Below, in pieces: positions 8,714 through 18,157 of a DNA stretch of 64,000 nt. A program made the position numbers and the translations under genes. Each line of letters starts with the position of its first letter. The first letter of the stretch is position 1. Below the pieces are notes generated by a model that made no database searches, had not been told where the DNA came from, and was given only the letters and a program-made list of their open reading frames with translations. Source of the stretch: a virus (lineage: Duplodnaviria > Caudoviricetes); the IMG/VR virus record IMGVR_UViG_3300027278_000003. One strand, 5' to 3'.

Positions 8714-11017
8714 ATGACAAAAGAGATAACCGTTCTCAAGAGAAATGGTTCACGTGAACCATTGGACTTGGAAAAAATGCACAAAGTGGTGTTTTATGCT
8801 TGTGAAGGAATTACCGGCGTAAGTGTAAGCGAAGTAGAAATTCGCAGCCACCTTCAGTTTTACAATGGCATTACTACAGACGAAATTCAGGAAACACTTA
8901 TTAAGGCCGCCGCGGATCTTATTAGTGAAGAAACCCCAAACTATCAATGGGTAGCAGGTCGTTTAATTAACTACCATCTCCGTAAGAAAGTATACGGACA
9001 CTTCCAACCCCCACATTTGCGTGAAATCGCTCAACAAAATGTAAACTTGGGTTATTACGATCCAAGTTTCTTCAGCGTATACTCCCCTGAAGAAATTGAC
9101 CAGCTAAACAATTACATTAAACATGATCGTGACGAAAGCATCGCATATGTGGGCATGGAACAATTCCGTGGCAAGTATCTAACACAAAACCGTGTTACTG
9201 GTGAAATTTTCGAAACACCACAAGTAGCATACATGATGATTGCTGCAACGCTGTTTCAGAATTACCCAGTAGCCACACGTATGCGTTATGTAAAGGACTT
9301 TTACGATGCTTCTAGCAATTTCGATATTAGTTTACCTACTCCTATTATGGCCGGAGTTCGCAGCCCTCAGCGTCAGTTTAGTAGTTGCGTTCTTATCGAG
9401 ACCGGCGACAGTCTTGATAGTATTAATGCTACTAGCAGTAGTATTGTAAAATATGTAAGTCAAAAGGCAGGCATCGGCATTGGGGCTGGTAGTATTCGCG
9501 CAATTGGTAGCCCTGTGCGTAATGGTGACACGAGCCATACGGGTGTTATTCCTTTCTATAAAATGTTCCAGAGTGCAGTTAAATCATGTAGTCAAGGCGG
9601 TGTTCGCGGCGGTGCTGCCACACTTCACTATCCAATTTGGCATTTAGAAGTGGAAGACCTACTCGTTCTAAAGAACAATAAAGGCACAGAAGACAACCGT
9701 GTTAGACACCTAGACTATAGTGTGCAGTTTAATAAACTAATGTATGAGCGTTTGCTAAGTAGTGGCAATATTACTCTGTTCAGCCCTAGCGATGTTCCTG
9801 GCTTATATGACTCATTCTTTAATGACCAAGATCGATTCCGAGAACTATATGAGACAGCGGAACGCAACACTAGACTACGCAAGAAGAGTGTTCCTGCTAT
9901 TGATCTATTCAGTGCATTTATGGAAGAACGTAAAAACACGGGCCGTATCTATCTGCAAAACGTAGATCATGCCAACAGTCACGGTGCATTTATTGAAGAA
10001 ATTGCCCCAATTCATCAGTCCAATCTTTGCCAAGAAATCGATTTGCCAACAAAGCCATTAAATGATTTTAAAGATCCAGATGGTGAGATTAGCCTATGTA
10101 CACTAGCTGCCATTAACTGGGGCAACATGCGTACACCAGCAGATTTTGAGAAAGCATGTGACTTAGCAGTTCGTGCGCTAGACGAACTTCTTGATTATCA
10201 AGACTATCCAGTTCTAGCAGCACAATTATCAACTATGAAGCGCCGGCCTCTTGGCGTTGGTATTATCAACTTTGCCTATTGGCTAGCTAAAAATGATCTA
10301 ACATATCAGCATATTACGCAAGAGGGACTTGCATTAATTGACGAGTGGGCAGAAGCATGGAGTTACTACCTAATCAAAGCAAGTGCAAACTTGGCAGTTG
10401 AAAAGGGTAATATTGAAGGTGTGTGTGAAACAAAGTATGGTCTAGGATTAACACCAAATCAAACATACAAGCGTGAAGTAGATGAACTAACACCTCACGT
10501 TGAGCGCATGGATTGGGCTGGACTTCGTGAACAACTAAAGACAACTGGTATTCGCAATAGTACACTAATGGCACTTATGCCAGCAGAAACAAGTGCGCAG
10601 ATTAGTAATAGTACAAACGGCATTGAACCGCCACGTGCATATGTTAGTGTTAAACAGAGTAAGCACGGCGTTCTAAAGCAAGTTGTGCCAGACTACAAGC
10701 GTCTTAAAAACAAATATGACTTGCTATGGGATCAGCGTAGCCCAGAAGGTTACTTAAAGATCATGGCAGTACTACAAAAATACATTGACCAGGGTATTAG
10801 TGTTAATACAAGCTATAATCCTGTATACTTTGAAGATGAAAAGATACCAATGAGTACAATGCTACAACATATGCTCATGTTCTACAAATACGGCGGCAAG
10901 CAGTTGTATTATTTTAATACATATGATGGCCAAGGTGAGATCGAATTCAAGGAAGAAGCACTAGCAATTACTGAGCTAGGCGATGACGATGCAGCTTGTG
11001 ATAGCTGTGTAATTTAA
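8714..11017 (+). CDS. nrdA: class Ia ribonucleotide reductase alpha subunit with ATP cone
   Basis: VLKRNG ATP cone, SSCVLI, SNLCQEI, CTLAAIN, C-terminal CDSC; no intron or intein visible. Confidence 0.97.
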   Translation: MTKEITVLKRNGSREPLDLEKMHKVVFYACEGITGVSVSEVEIRSHLQFYNGITTDEIQETLIKAAADLISEETPNYQWVAGRLINYHLRKKVYGHFQPPHLREIAQQNVNLGYYDPSFFSVYSPEEIDQLNNYIKHDRDESIAYVGMEQFRGKYLTQNRVTGEIFETPQVAYMMIAATLFQNYPVATRMRYVKDFYDASSNFDISLPTPIMAGVRSPQRQFSSCVLIETGDSLDSINATSSSIVKYVSQKAGIGIGAGSIRAIGSPVRNGDTSHTGVIPFYKMFQSAVKSCSQGGVRGGAATLHYPIWHLEVEDLLVLKNNKGTEDNRVRHLDYSVQFNKLMYERLLSSGNITLFSPSDVPGLYDSFFNDQDRFRELYETAERNTRLRKKSVPAIDLFSAFMEERKNTGRIYLQNVDHANSHGAFIEEIAPIHQSNLCQEIDLPTKPLNDFKDPDGEISLCTLAAINWGNMRTPADFEKACDLAVRALDELLDYQDYPVLAAQLSTMKRRPLGVGIINFAYWLAKNDLTYQHITQEGLALIDEWAEAWSYYLIKASANLAVEKGNIEGVCETKYGLGLTPNQTYKREVDELTPHVERMDWAGLREQLKTTGIRNSTLMALMPAETSAQISNSTNGIEPPRAYVSVKQSKHGVLKQVVPDYKRLKNKYDLLWDQRSPEGYLKIMAVLQKYIDQGISVNTSYNPVYFEDEKIPMSTMLQHMLMFYKYGGKQLYYFNTYDGQGEIEFKEEALAITELGDDDAACDSCVI

Positions 11018-11034
11018 ACAAAGGGTAAAAGACT

Positions 11035-12162
11035 ATGTCAGTATTGAACACTGAAAACAAAAAACATCACACTGAAGCAATGGCTTTTCTAGATGAAGGG
11101 CTAGGTATGCAGCGTTATGATGTTATGAAGTATAAGCAATTTGATAAGCTAACAGAGAAGCAATTAGGCTTTTTCTGGCAACCGCAGGAAGTTGATGTTA
11201 GTAAAGATAGTAAAGACTTTAAAGACTTAACACGTCATGAGCAGCATATCTTTACCAGTAACCTAAAGCGTCAAATTCTACTAGACAGTGTTCAAGGACG
11301 TAGTCCTAACCTAGCACTATTGCCTATTGTCACACTTCCAGAAATTGAAACCTGGATTGAAACTTGGGCGTTTAGTGAGACAATTCACAGCCGCAGCTAT
11401 ACACATATTATTCGTAACATCTATTCAAACCCAAGTGTTGTTTTTGATTCACTACTGGATTCAAAAGAGATTGTTGACTGCGCTGGCGACATTAGTAAGT
11501 ATTACGATGACTTGATTGAATATAGCCAATGGTATCAGCTTCTTGGCGCAGGTACACATACAGTTAATGGCAAGAAGATCACAATTGATGAGTATGAACT
11601 GAAGAAGAAGATTTGGATGTGTCTGAACAGCGTTAACGTACTGGAAGGCATTCGCTTCTACGTAAGTTTTGCATGTAGCTGGGCTTTCGCAGAACTTAAA
11701 AAGATGGAAGGCAATGCAAAGATCATTAAGTTCATTGCTCGTGATGAAAACGTGCATCTTGCATCAACACAATACCTACTAACAAAAGTTATGGTAAAAG
11801 AAGACCCAGATTTTGCACGTATTTCAGAAGAATGCGAGGATGAAATCATCCAGATGTTCGTTGATGCTGTTGAGCAAGAAAAGCAGTGGGCACATTATTT
11901 GTTTAAAGATGGCTCAATGATTGGTTTGAACGCTGAACTGCTAAATAATTACATCGAGTGGATTGCATGTAAACGCATGACAGCACTTGGGCTAAAATGC
12001 CCATATACAGTGCCACAAGCTAACCCGTTGCCCTGGACACAGAAATGGATCAGCGGCGCTGAAGTACAGGTTGCACCACAGGAAACAGAAATTAGTAGTT
12101 ATATTATTGGCGGCGTCAAGAAGGACGTTGGCGAAGATACATTTAAAGGATTTAGTCTATGA
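11035..12162 (+). CDS. nrdB: class Ia ribonucleotide reductase beta subunit
   Basis: FFWQPQEV, ETIHSRSY, EGIRFYVSF, RDENVH motifs. Confidence 0.97.
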   Translation: MSVLNTENKKHHTEAMAFLDEGLGMQRYDVMKYKQFDKLTEKQLGFFWQPQEVDVSKDSKDFKDLTRHEQHIFTSNLKRQILLDSVQGRSPNLALLPIVTLPEIETWIETWAFSETIHSRSYTHIIRNIYSNPSVVFDSLLDSKEIVDCAGDISKYYDDLIEYSQWYQLLGAGTHTVNGKKITIDEYELKKKIWMCLNSVNVLEGIRFYVSFACSWAFAELKKMEGNAKIIKFIARDENVHLASTQYLLTKVMVKEDPDFARISEECEDEIIQMFVDAVEQEKQWAHYLFKDGSMIGLNAELLNNYIEWIACKRMTALGLKCPYTVPQANPLPWTQKWISGAEVQVAPQETEISSYIIGGVKKDVGEDTFKGFSL

Positions 12163-12410
12163 TAGAAATTTGGGGAAAGCCTGCTTGTCCATATTGTGAA
12201 AGAGCAAAATCATTATGTGAAAGCAGAAATTTAAAATACATTTATAAACAATTAGATGTAGATTTTACTCGAGATGAAATTCTTGAAACATTTCCAGGAG
12301 CAAAAACATTCCCACAAATTGTAGTTGCTGGCACTAAGATAGGCGGATTTGATAAACTTGGATCTTACTTGGAAGAAACAAATTACACAGGAACAGGATG
12401 GACTCTATGA
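12159..12410 (+). CDS. grx: glutaredoxin
   Basis: CPYC, TFPQI and IGGFD motifs, next to nrdAB. Confidence 0.92.
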   Translation: MIEIWGKPACPYCERAKSLCESRNLKYIYKQLDVDFTRDEILETFPGAKTFPQIVVAGTKIGGFDKLGSYLEETNYTGTGWTL

Positions 12411-12697
12411 TTATTCAAGCACCCTACAAAGTAGGCGATGTAGTAAGTATTAAAGTATCCAGCGGCGAAGAGATGATCGCACGTTTGGAAGAAGAAAATG
12501 ACAACCATATTATTGCCCGCAAGCCACTTATGCTTGTTGCAGGGCAGCAGGGCATGGGCTTGGCTCCATTTATGTTTACAGTAGATACAGATGCCAAGTT
12601 TAAAATTAAAAATTCTAGTATCATTTGTATTGTAAAGTCAGCTAAAGAAGCAGCAGACTTATACACTCAAAATACTTCAGGATTGAAGGTAGTATAA
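12407..12697 (+). CDS. small beta-rich hypothetical protein (Sm-like fold possible)
   Basis: Within ORF 12398..12697; DVVSIKVSSGEEMIARL. Confidence 0.55.
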   Translation: MIIQAPYKVGDVVSIKVSSGEEMIARLEEENDNHIIARKPLMLVAGQQGMGLAPFMFTVDTDAKFKIKNSSIICIVKSAKEAADLYTQNTSGLKVV

Positions 12698-12698
12698 C

Positions 12699-13364
12699 AT
12701 GCCTTGCGTATCTCTTGAATTAAATCCAGGTTTTAATGATGCATTGGGAAGTTTGCAAAATGCTTCCAATGTATTAATGGCACTATCAAGTGATTCATGT
12801 AACATTCTTGGGGCAATTCCAGGCTTAGACGCTATTGAAAAAGGTATTCAAGACGTGTTTGCTGCGGTAGCAGGCATTACATCAGCTATCAATAGTGCTA
12901 TCAGTAGAATTTTAGGATCACTTAATAATTTAATTGATACCGCAGTTGGCGCAGTACAAGATATCATTGGTGGCTTATTAAACACTTTTAATGGTATTGT
13001 TGATATGGTAGGTGGCTTTGTGTCACAAGTTTCTGGAATGATTGATAGCTTTATTAGTGTCGTAGCAGCACAAGCAAACTTGTCAGGAATTCTTGCATGT
13101 GCTGGTGTTATTGGTAAACTAACTGGCATGCCAGATGGGGTTAGCAGTCAGATTGATGATTTGGCAGCTAAACTTGCCAGTGGTAGTGCAGTAAGTGACA
13201 TTGTTGCAGAGGGAATAGCTGATATTAAAAATTCAGCAGCTAATGCAGCTACGGATGCATTGAATGGCATTAATGACAAAATAAATGGTACCATTACAAA
13301 TGCATTGGGAAGTATTAACCTTGGCATTGCTAGCTTAAAGGCATTCGAATGTCAAGAGGTGTAG
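12699..13364 (+). CDS. hypothetical baseplate-region protein
   Basis: 221 aa, A/G/I/S-rich helical, directly before PAAR. Confidence 0.55.
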   Translation: MPCVSLELNPGFNDALGSLQNASNVLMALSSDSCNILGAIPGLDAIEKGIQDVFAAVAGITSAINSAISRILGSLNNLIDTAVGAVQDIIGGLLNTFNGIVDMVGGFVSQVSGMIDSFISVVAAQANLSGILACAGVIGKLTGMPDGVSSQIDDLAAKLASGSAVSDIVAEGIADIKNSAANAATDALNGINDKINGTITNALGSINLGIASLKAFECQEV

Positions 13365-13663
13365 CACGTTTAAACGATAGTACGTTTGGTACGTGTTATC
13401 ATCCTAGTCATCTTGTACCCGTTCCTGCCAGTGGTAAAATTATCACTGCAAGTGGAAAATATATTGTGAATGGGCGTGGCGTGGCACGATTAAACGATAT
13501 GGTGCTTACTAGTTGCGGGCATGTTGACTTTATCAATAGTGCTAGTGGCACATGTATTGCTGATCCGCAGCCTGTAGCAAGACTGAATGATACTGTAGGG
13601 AAAAACGGTATCTATAAAGCAAAAATTATCACCGCTAGTGGTAATGTTATTGCTGATAATTAA
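13349..13663 (+). CDS. PAAR-like spike-tip protein (gp5.4-like)
   Basis: Three VARLND repeats with Cys/His (TCYH, SCGH). Confidence 0.8.
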   Translation: MSRGVARLNDSTFGTCYHPSHLVPVPASGKIITASGKYIVNGRGVARLNDMVLTSCGHVDFINSASGTCIADPQPVARLNDTVGKNGIYKAKIITASGNVIADN

Positions 13664-13691
13664 AAAAATCAAAAAAAGTAATATTTTTTAC

Positions 13692-13720
13692 TTGACAAAG
13701 CGCATATTGGTTGCTAGTAT
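13692..13720 (+). promoter_or_regulatory. sigma70-type promoter
   Basis: TTGACA-N17-TAGTAT. Confidence 0.65.
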
Positions 13721-13759
13721 GAATACATAAGGACTACTAACAACTAATGGTGAGAACTA

Positions 13760-14047
13760 ATGCGATCTGAACTTTACCCTGACGGGGTACGGCGTATCAA
13801 CGCTAAAATTGAAATCCCAATGAGTGATGCTGACGTATCACTATATATTTTGAGTGCCATTGTATCTGAAAATAGTACTCTAAATGATATCCAAAGCCTA
13901 AATAAACGACAACTGCTTCAACTTGCCAAAGAAGAAATTTGGCGGGACGGAGCAGAAGTGCCACGAGTTCGTGCTGAAAATGCTGACCGTGACACGAAGG
14001 TGATTGTAAAAAATTACGTTAGGATGATGTTTCCGGAGTTGTCATAA
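13760..14047 (+). CDS. hypothetical protein
   Basis: 95 aa with RBS. Confidence 0.65.
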   Translation: MRSELYPDGVRRINAKIEIPMSDADVSLYILSAIVSENSTLNDIQSLNKRQLLQLAKEEIWRDGAEVPRVRAENADRDTKVIVKNYVRMMFPELS

Positions 14048-14295
14048 TGGAACCAGAACACAAATACAACTGGCATGATGAGAGAGATAAATGGATTTAC
14101 GGCCAGCCGGTCACAGACGATGACTGGAAATTTGATAACATGGTTGACATTTATAAAAAACTGATAGAACAACCAGTAACCAGGAAATCTATAAGTAACA
14201 TACCTCCAGAAAATAAAACCCCAAAAAAGAAACCTATCATTGCTACTGAAAAAGATGTAGGCACTGATGTATTGCAACGTCTTAAAGATCTATGA
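14047..14295 (+). CDS. hypothetical protein
   Basis: 82 aa, coupled. Confidence 0.6.
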   Translation: MEPEHKYNWHDERDKWIYGQPVTDDDWKFDNMVDIYKKLIEQPVTRKSISNIPPENKTPKKKPIIATEKDVGTDVLQRLKDL

Positions 14296-14303
14296 GGACA
14301 CAA

Positions 14304-15578
14304 ATGTTTAAAGCATTACTAACAACAATAACTCTTATGTCAGCGTCTATTGCAGGTGCTGAAGAATATCAACATCCAAGGTCACCCTACGTAGACTACA
14401 GTCGCACTTATAATTTCCCTGCTGGTGATTGGGAACGTGTAGATATTGAAGCGTACCGTGCAAAATACAAACAAGTATATGGCCGCCCACAGCTAGGTCG
14501 TGAAATGAATCTTGTGTATTGGTCTGATACTTGTAAGCGCGAATTCCATAACTATGATTTGCTGAAAAGTATTAATCTAGGTGACTATGACATCTACCAT
14601 CACCCACGAACACAAACTTTGTCAGACTGTTTACGAGCTCTACCTAAAGCAATTCATGCGGACGTTGTTATAAATGGGCGCAATTCTGAGGTTCTTGCAC
14701 TGTTTTTTGAACAACTTATTCCTGCTTGGATCGAAAATGATGCCTTCAATGCGTCAAAGATGCGTTCTACGCAAGTTGACAATACAAGCGCAGGGTATGC
14801 TTTTGCAGTAAACTTTATTGCGGAAATTTATACCAGCTATGGTAATTATTGGGGTACAACTGCAGAAATGGATCAAGGCTTTCGTGAGTGGTGGGATGCC
14901 CGCAGTCATGATGATGGTGCCAAAATTTATGGACCTGGCTGGGAAAAATGTACTGAAATTGCACCAACTCCACCTCCTGCAAATCGTCCTAGGCCACAAA
15001 ACCGTGGCGAATGCCAAAACGTAGCAGCGGATTATTCTACAGCACTGGCGTATATGGGCATGTATTACAAAGACAGTGATATGATCAACGAGGCACTATT
15101 TGTTGCAGCCGCGGTAGCAAGGACGAGTTCAGAAGAAGGCGCCCCTTATGATGCATTCACTGGAAACCTAGCTATTGGCTACATGACAATGACATCAGAC
15201 AGACTTGATGAAACAGCACTTGTTCTAAAGGAGTTGGGTATAAATCTGTATGATTCAAGTTTTGCTAAACATGGCGCCACTGTACGTGACATTATTGAAT
15301 TTACTGCCAGAGAATACGTAAATCCAGATCGTGTATTTGCATACGCATGTCTAACGAACAATCCACGAGCAAAAGATTGCCGTAACCAAGACTATAGCGT
15401 CCCCCCAGAGGACAGGCACTGGCAGGACGGTATGCATATTCGAGGTATGGCGGGCGCACTCTATCAATATCAAGAGTATAGAAATATGATGTCAACTGTG
15501 CATCCTGACAATCATGACAATGGATGGGTAACATTTGACACCATGTTCAACAAATATATTTTGGTAAAATATTTCTAA
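14304..15578 (+). CDS. exported helical protein, possibly alginate-lyase-like alpha/alpha toroid
   Basis: Signal peptide MFKALLTTITLMSASIAGA; fold call is tentative. Confidence 0.4.
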   Translation: MFKALLTTITLMSASIAGAEEYQHPRSPYVDYSRTYNFPAGDWERVDIEAYRAKYKQVYGRPQLGREMNLVYWSDTCKREFHNYDLLKSINLGDYDIYHHPRTQTLSDCLRALPKAIHADVVINGRNSEVLALFFEQLIPAWIENDAFNASKMRSTQVDNTSAGYAFAVNFIAEIYTSYGNYWGTTAEMDQGFREWWDARSHDDGAKIYGPGWEKCTEIAPTPPPANRPRPQNRGECQNVAADYSTALAYMGMYYKDSDMINEALFVAAAVARTSSEEGAPYDAFTGNLAIGYMTMTSDRLDETALVLKELGINLYDSSFAKHGATVRDIIEFTAREYVNPDRVFAYACLTNNPRAKDCRNQDYSVPPEDRHWQDGMHIRGMAGALYQYQEYRNMMSTVHPDNHDNGWVTFDTMFNKYILVKYF

Positions 15579-15595
15579 ATATTTAAAAAAAGTTG

Positions 15596-15624
15596 TTGAC
15601 ACAGGCATCTTAATACTGTATAAA
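15596..15624 (+). promoter_or_regulatory. overlapping sigma70 and late promoter for first tRNA cluster
   Basis: TTGACA-N17-TATAAA; the -10 lies within TATAAATA. Confidence 0.7.
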
Positions 15625-15749
15625 TAATATTGTAAGCAGCAAAGAACAGTGTTGCTTACAAAAAACCAGAACAGTGTTTTTAAATGCATTTTGTGGTTAT
15701 TTTGCTCTAGCAGCATAAATAAACATAGCAGTTAATAATACACTGTTAC

Positions 15750-15825
15750 GCCCTTATAGCTCAGCTGGTAGAGCAACTGATTTGTAATCAGTAGGTCCGC
15801 GGTTCGAGTCCGTGTGAGGGCACCA
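15750..15825 (+). tRNA. tRNA-Thr(TGT)
   Basis: Full cloverleaf, loop TTTGTAA, encoded CCA. Confidence 0.97.
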
Positions 15826-15829
15826 TAAT

Positions 15830-15914
15830 GCGGGTGTGGCGGAATTGGTAGACGCACCAGATTTAGGTTCTGGCGCCGCAAGGCGTGGGGGTTCGAGTCC
15901 CTCCACCCGCACCA
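15830..15914 (+). tRNA. tRNA-Leu(TAG)
   Basis: Class II cloverleaf, loop TTTAGGT, CCA. Confidence 0.97.
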
Positions 15915-16021
15915 AGATAAAATTATATTAGAAACTATTATATTATTAGTAAAAACGGACAATAACGATAGGATATTATAAATAAAGTTGCAAGATCTTT
16001 TATATAGTAAAACTTGCATAT

Positions 16022-16097
16022 GGGGCCTTAGCTCAGCTGGGAGAGCGCCTGATTTGCATTCAGGAGGTCAGGAGTTCGATCCTCCTAGGCTCCACCA
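16022..16097 (+). tRNA. tRNA-Ala(TGC)
   Basis: Cloverleaf, G3-U70, loop TTTGCAT, CCA. Confidence 0.97.
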
Positions 16098-16099
16098 AT

Positions 16100-16129
16100 A
16101 AAAAAGGCGGTCCCAGTGACCGCCTTTTT
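16100..16129. terminator. bidirectional intrinsic terminator
   Basis: AAAAAAGGCGGTC-CCAGT-GACCGCCTTTTT. Confidence 0.9.
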
Positions 16130-16158
16130 ATTATAAAATTTTTGAAAATGAGGAAACA

Positions 16159-17562
16159 ATGCGTCCATTTTATATGCTACCGCCTTGTGACAGACCAGCG
16201 TTAAGTGACAAGCGCAGAACAGTTACATATAATGAATTTATAAAAGAAGTCACAGAAAAGAAAGCATGGCTCAATAGTCTAGGTTATGGGCCAGGGCATC
16301 GTATTTGCGTTCAGGGACCAAATGCAATTGAAACATATGTAATGCTTGTTGCAGCAAGTATGGACATGTGCGGCACAACGCTTCCGATGAATGCAAGTGA
16401 GCTAGAAGAAAAATCTCGTATTGAAGCAAACAATGCAAACTGCATCATTCGTTTTACTAAGGATGCAGAATACATTGGTATTGAACATCGTCATTTCGAA
16501 AAAACAATGGCGCAACCAAAAGAATATATGTGCTACTACAGTAGTGGTACAACCAATCCATACGGCTTTACCAAGTGCTTTAGTGCGCCCTATGAACTAG
16601 ATGAAGATAACTGGGGTTGTAGTAATGACTTAACAAATGCATATCGCATTCAAGGCAACCCAGATTATGCTAACCCTGAAACAAACCGCTCAATTAGTGT
16701 AATGGTGCCATACATTGCATGGGGTCAGGATGTTGTTTACAACACACTTTATATGGGCGGCTGGACATATCTTATGTATGAACCAGAAGAATACGACTAT
16801 GCATGTGAACTACTAAAGCCCACTTGGATTACCGCATTCCCTCTTGCCCTGCAAAAGATTATGAATACAAACAAAGGGCATCACAAGCTAAACACAGTTG
16901 AGTTTGGTGGCATTGTTGTTAATGAAAAACAAATGAATGATATACAAGAGTTCTTTGGACCTAAGCAATACATCAATGTATACGGTGAAGGCGCTATCGG
17001 TACAACATTCTGTAACTTTGCTAAATCAGGCGAAGACATTACACACATTGGCAAACAAATGACATGGCATCGTTTGAGTGGTGGTGAAGTGCGTATTGGT
17101 GATCGTGGAACATTAGAAATTCGCGGACTTAATACACCAAATCAAACTTGGTGGGACACTGGTGACATTGTTGAGGTTGACGAAAACGGAAACTATCGTA
17201 TCACTGGCCGCGCAGAAGAAATCTTTATCAACCGCGGCGGCGGTAAGTTATACCCACACGAAGTAGCAGCATACATTGGACAAATGCCAGGAATCAAGGA
17301 TGTATATGTATATCCTATTGCAGACGAAGAAGTGGGGCAAATTCCAGGATGCGTTTATAGTGGCGATGTATCCCCAAAAGAATTTATGGAATACACGAAA
17401 ACAAAAGTAGCCAAATGGCAGGTACCTGTTAAATTTACAAGAGTTAAAAATACAATGAGTATGCTAGTACATGATCAGTGTAGTCCAAAGATAAGTATTT
17501 TAAAGTTAGAGAAAATGCTAGCAGACAATCCTGAATGGACGGTAGAAGAATATGGCAAATGA
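16159..17562 (+). CDS. AMP-binding (ANL family) acyl-CoA ligase-like enzyme
   Basis: YYSSGTT P-loop, YGEG, DTGDI, RITGR..INRGG.K.YPHEV. Confidence 0.85.
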   Translation: MRPFYMLPPCDRPALSDKRRTVTYNEFIKEVTEKKAWLNSLGYGPGHRICVQGPNAIETYVMLVAASMDMCGTTLPMNASELEEKSRIEANNANCIIRFTKDAEYIGIEHRHFEKTMAQPKEYMCYYSSGTTNPYGFTKCFSAPYELDEDNWGCSNDLTNAYRIQGNPDYANPETNRSISVMVPYIAWGQDVVYNTLYMGGWTYLMYEPEEYDYACELLKPTWITAFPLALQKIMNTNKGHHKLNTVEFGGIVVNEKQMNDIQEFFGPKQYINVYGEGAIGTTFCNFAKSGEDITHIGKQMTWHRLSGGEVRIGDRGTLEIRGLNTPNQTWWDTGDIVEVDENGNYRITGRAEEIFINRGGGKLYPHEVAAYIGQMPGIKDVYVYPIADEEVGQIPGCVYSGDVSPKEFMEYTKTKVAKWQVPVKFTRVKNTMSMLVHDQCSPKISILKLEKMLADNPEWTVEEYGK

Positions 17563-18157
17563 AATCTTATCAGCAAGCTACGTTGATGGTTTTGATGATG
17601 TAGAGAAACAAGTCAGTATTTTTGAAAATTGGACAAACTATGTTGAAGAAATACTTGATACAGCGGGTTGGTTAGGCCCAAGCAAAACAACCGCATATGC
17701 TATTAGTAATTTTGATAGTGATATTGAAATTGCAGATCTAGCATGTGGACCTGGCACAGGTGGTGCCATCTTAAAGATGGCACTTTATAAAAATGTTGAC
17801 GGGTATGACATCACTCCTAGATTCTTAAAAGCAGCAGAACCTTTTTACCGTAATGTTGGATATTGTAATATCGTTGCAACCCCCTTGCCAAAAAAATACC
17901 CTCTCATACTTGCTAGTGGAGTTTTTACTCGTGGACATTTGAGTGCCGCCCCTGCTAAAAATCTTGCAGATAGTTTAACTGACGATGGGTTTCTTGTAAT
18001 GACTACGCCTGCTATGTCTGATTATGATTACATGGCAGAAAGCGGTTGGAATGACCAACCGTATCTTCGTGAAGTAGAAGTGCATGGTCCATGGAAAAGT
18101 CTGTATACTGAGGGACATCAACACCATCATTATCTACGAGTATTTAAGAAAGCATGA
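17552..18157 (+). CDS. class I SAM-dependent methyltransferase
   Basis: IADLACGPGTGG motif I, GYDIT, LASGVF. Confidence 0.85.
   Translation: MANEILSASYVDGFDDVEKQVSIFENWTNYVEEILDTAGWLGPSKTTAYAISNFDSDIEIADLACGPGTGGAILKMALYKNVDGYDITPRFLKAAEPFYRNVGYCNIVATPLPKKYPLILASGVFTRGHLSAAPAKNLADSLTDDGFLVMTTPAMSDYDYMAESGWNDQPYLREVEVHGPWKSLYTEGHQHHHYLRVFKKA

Noticed and set aside
8714-12162. Introns, inteins or homing endonucleases in nrdAB
   Set aside because: Both ORFs are continuous and of normal class Ia length
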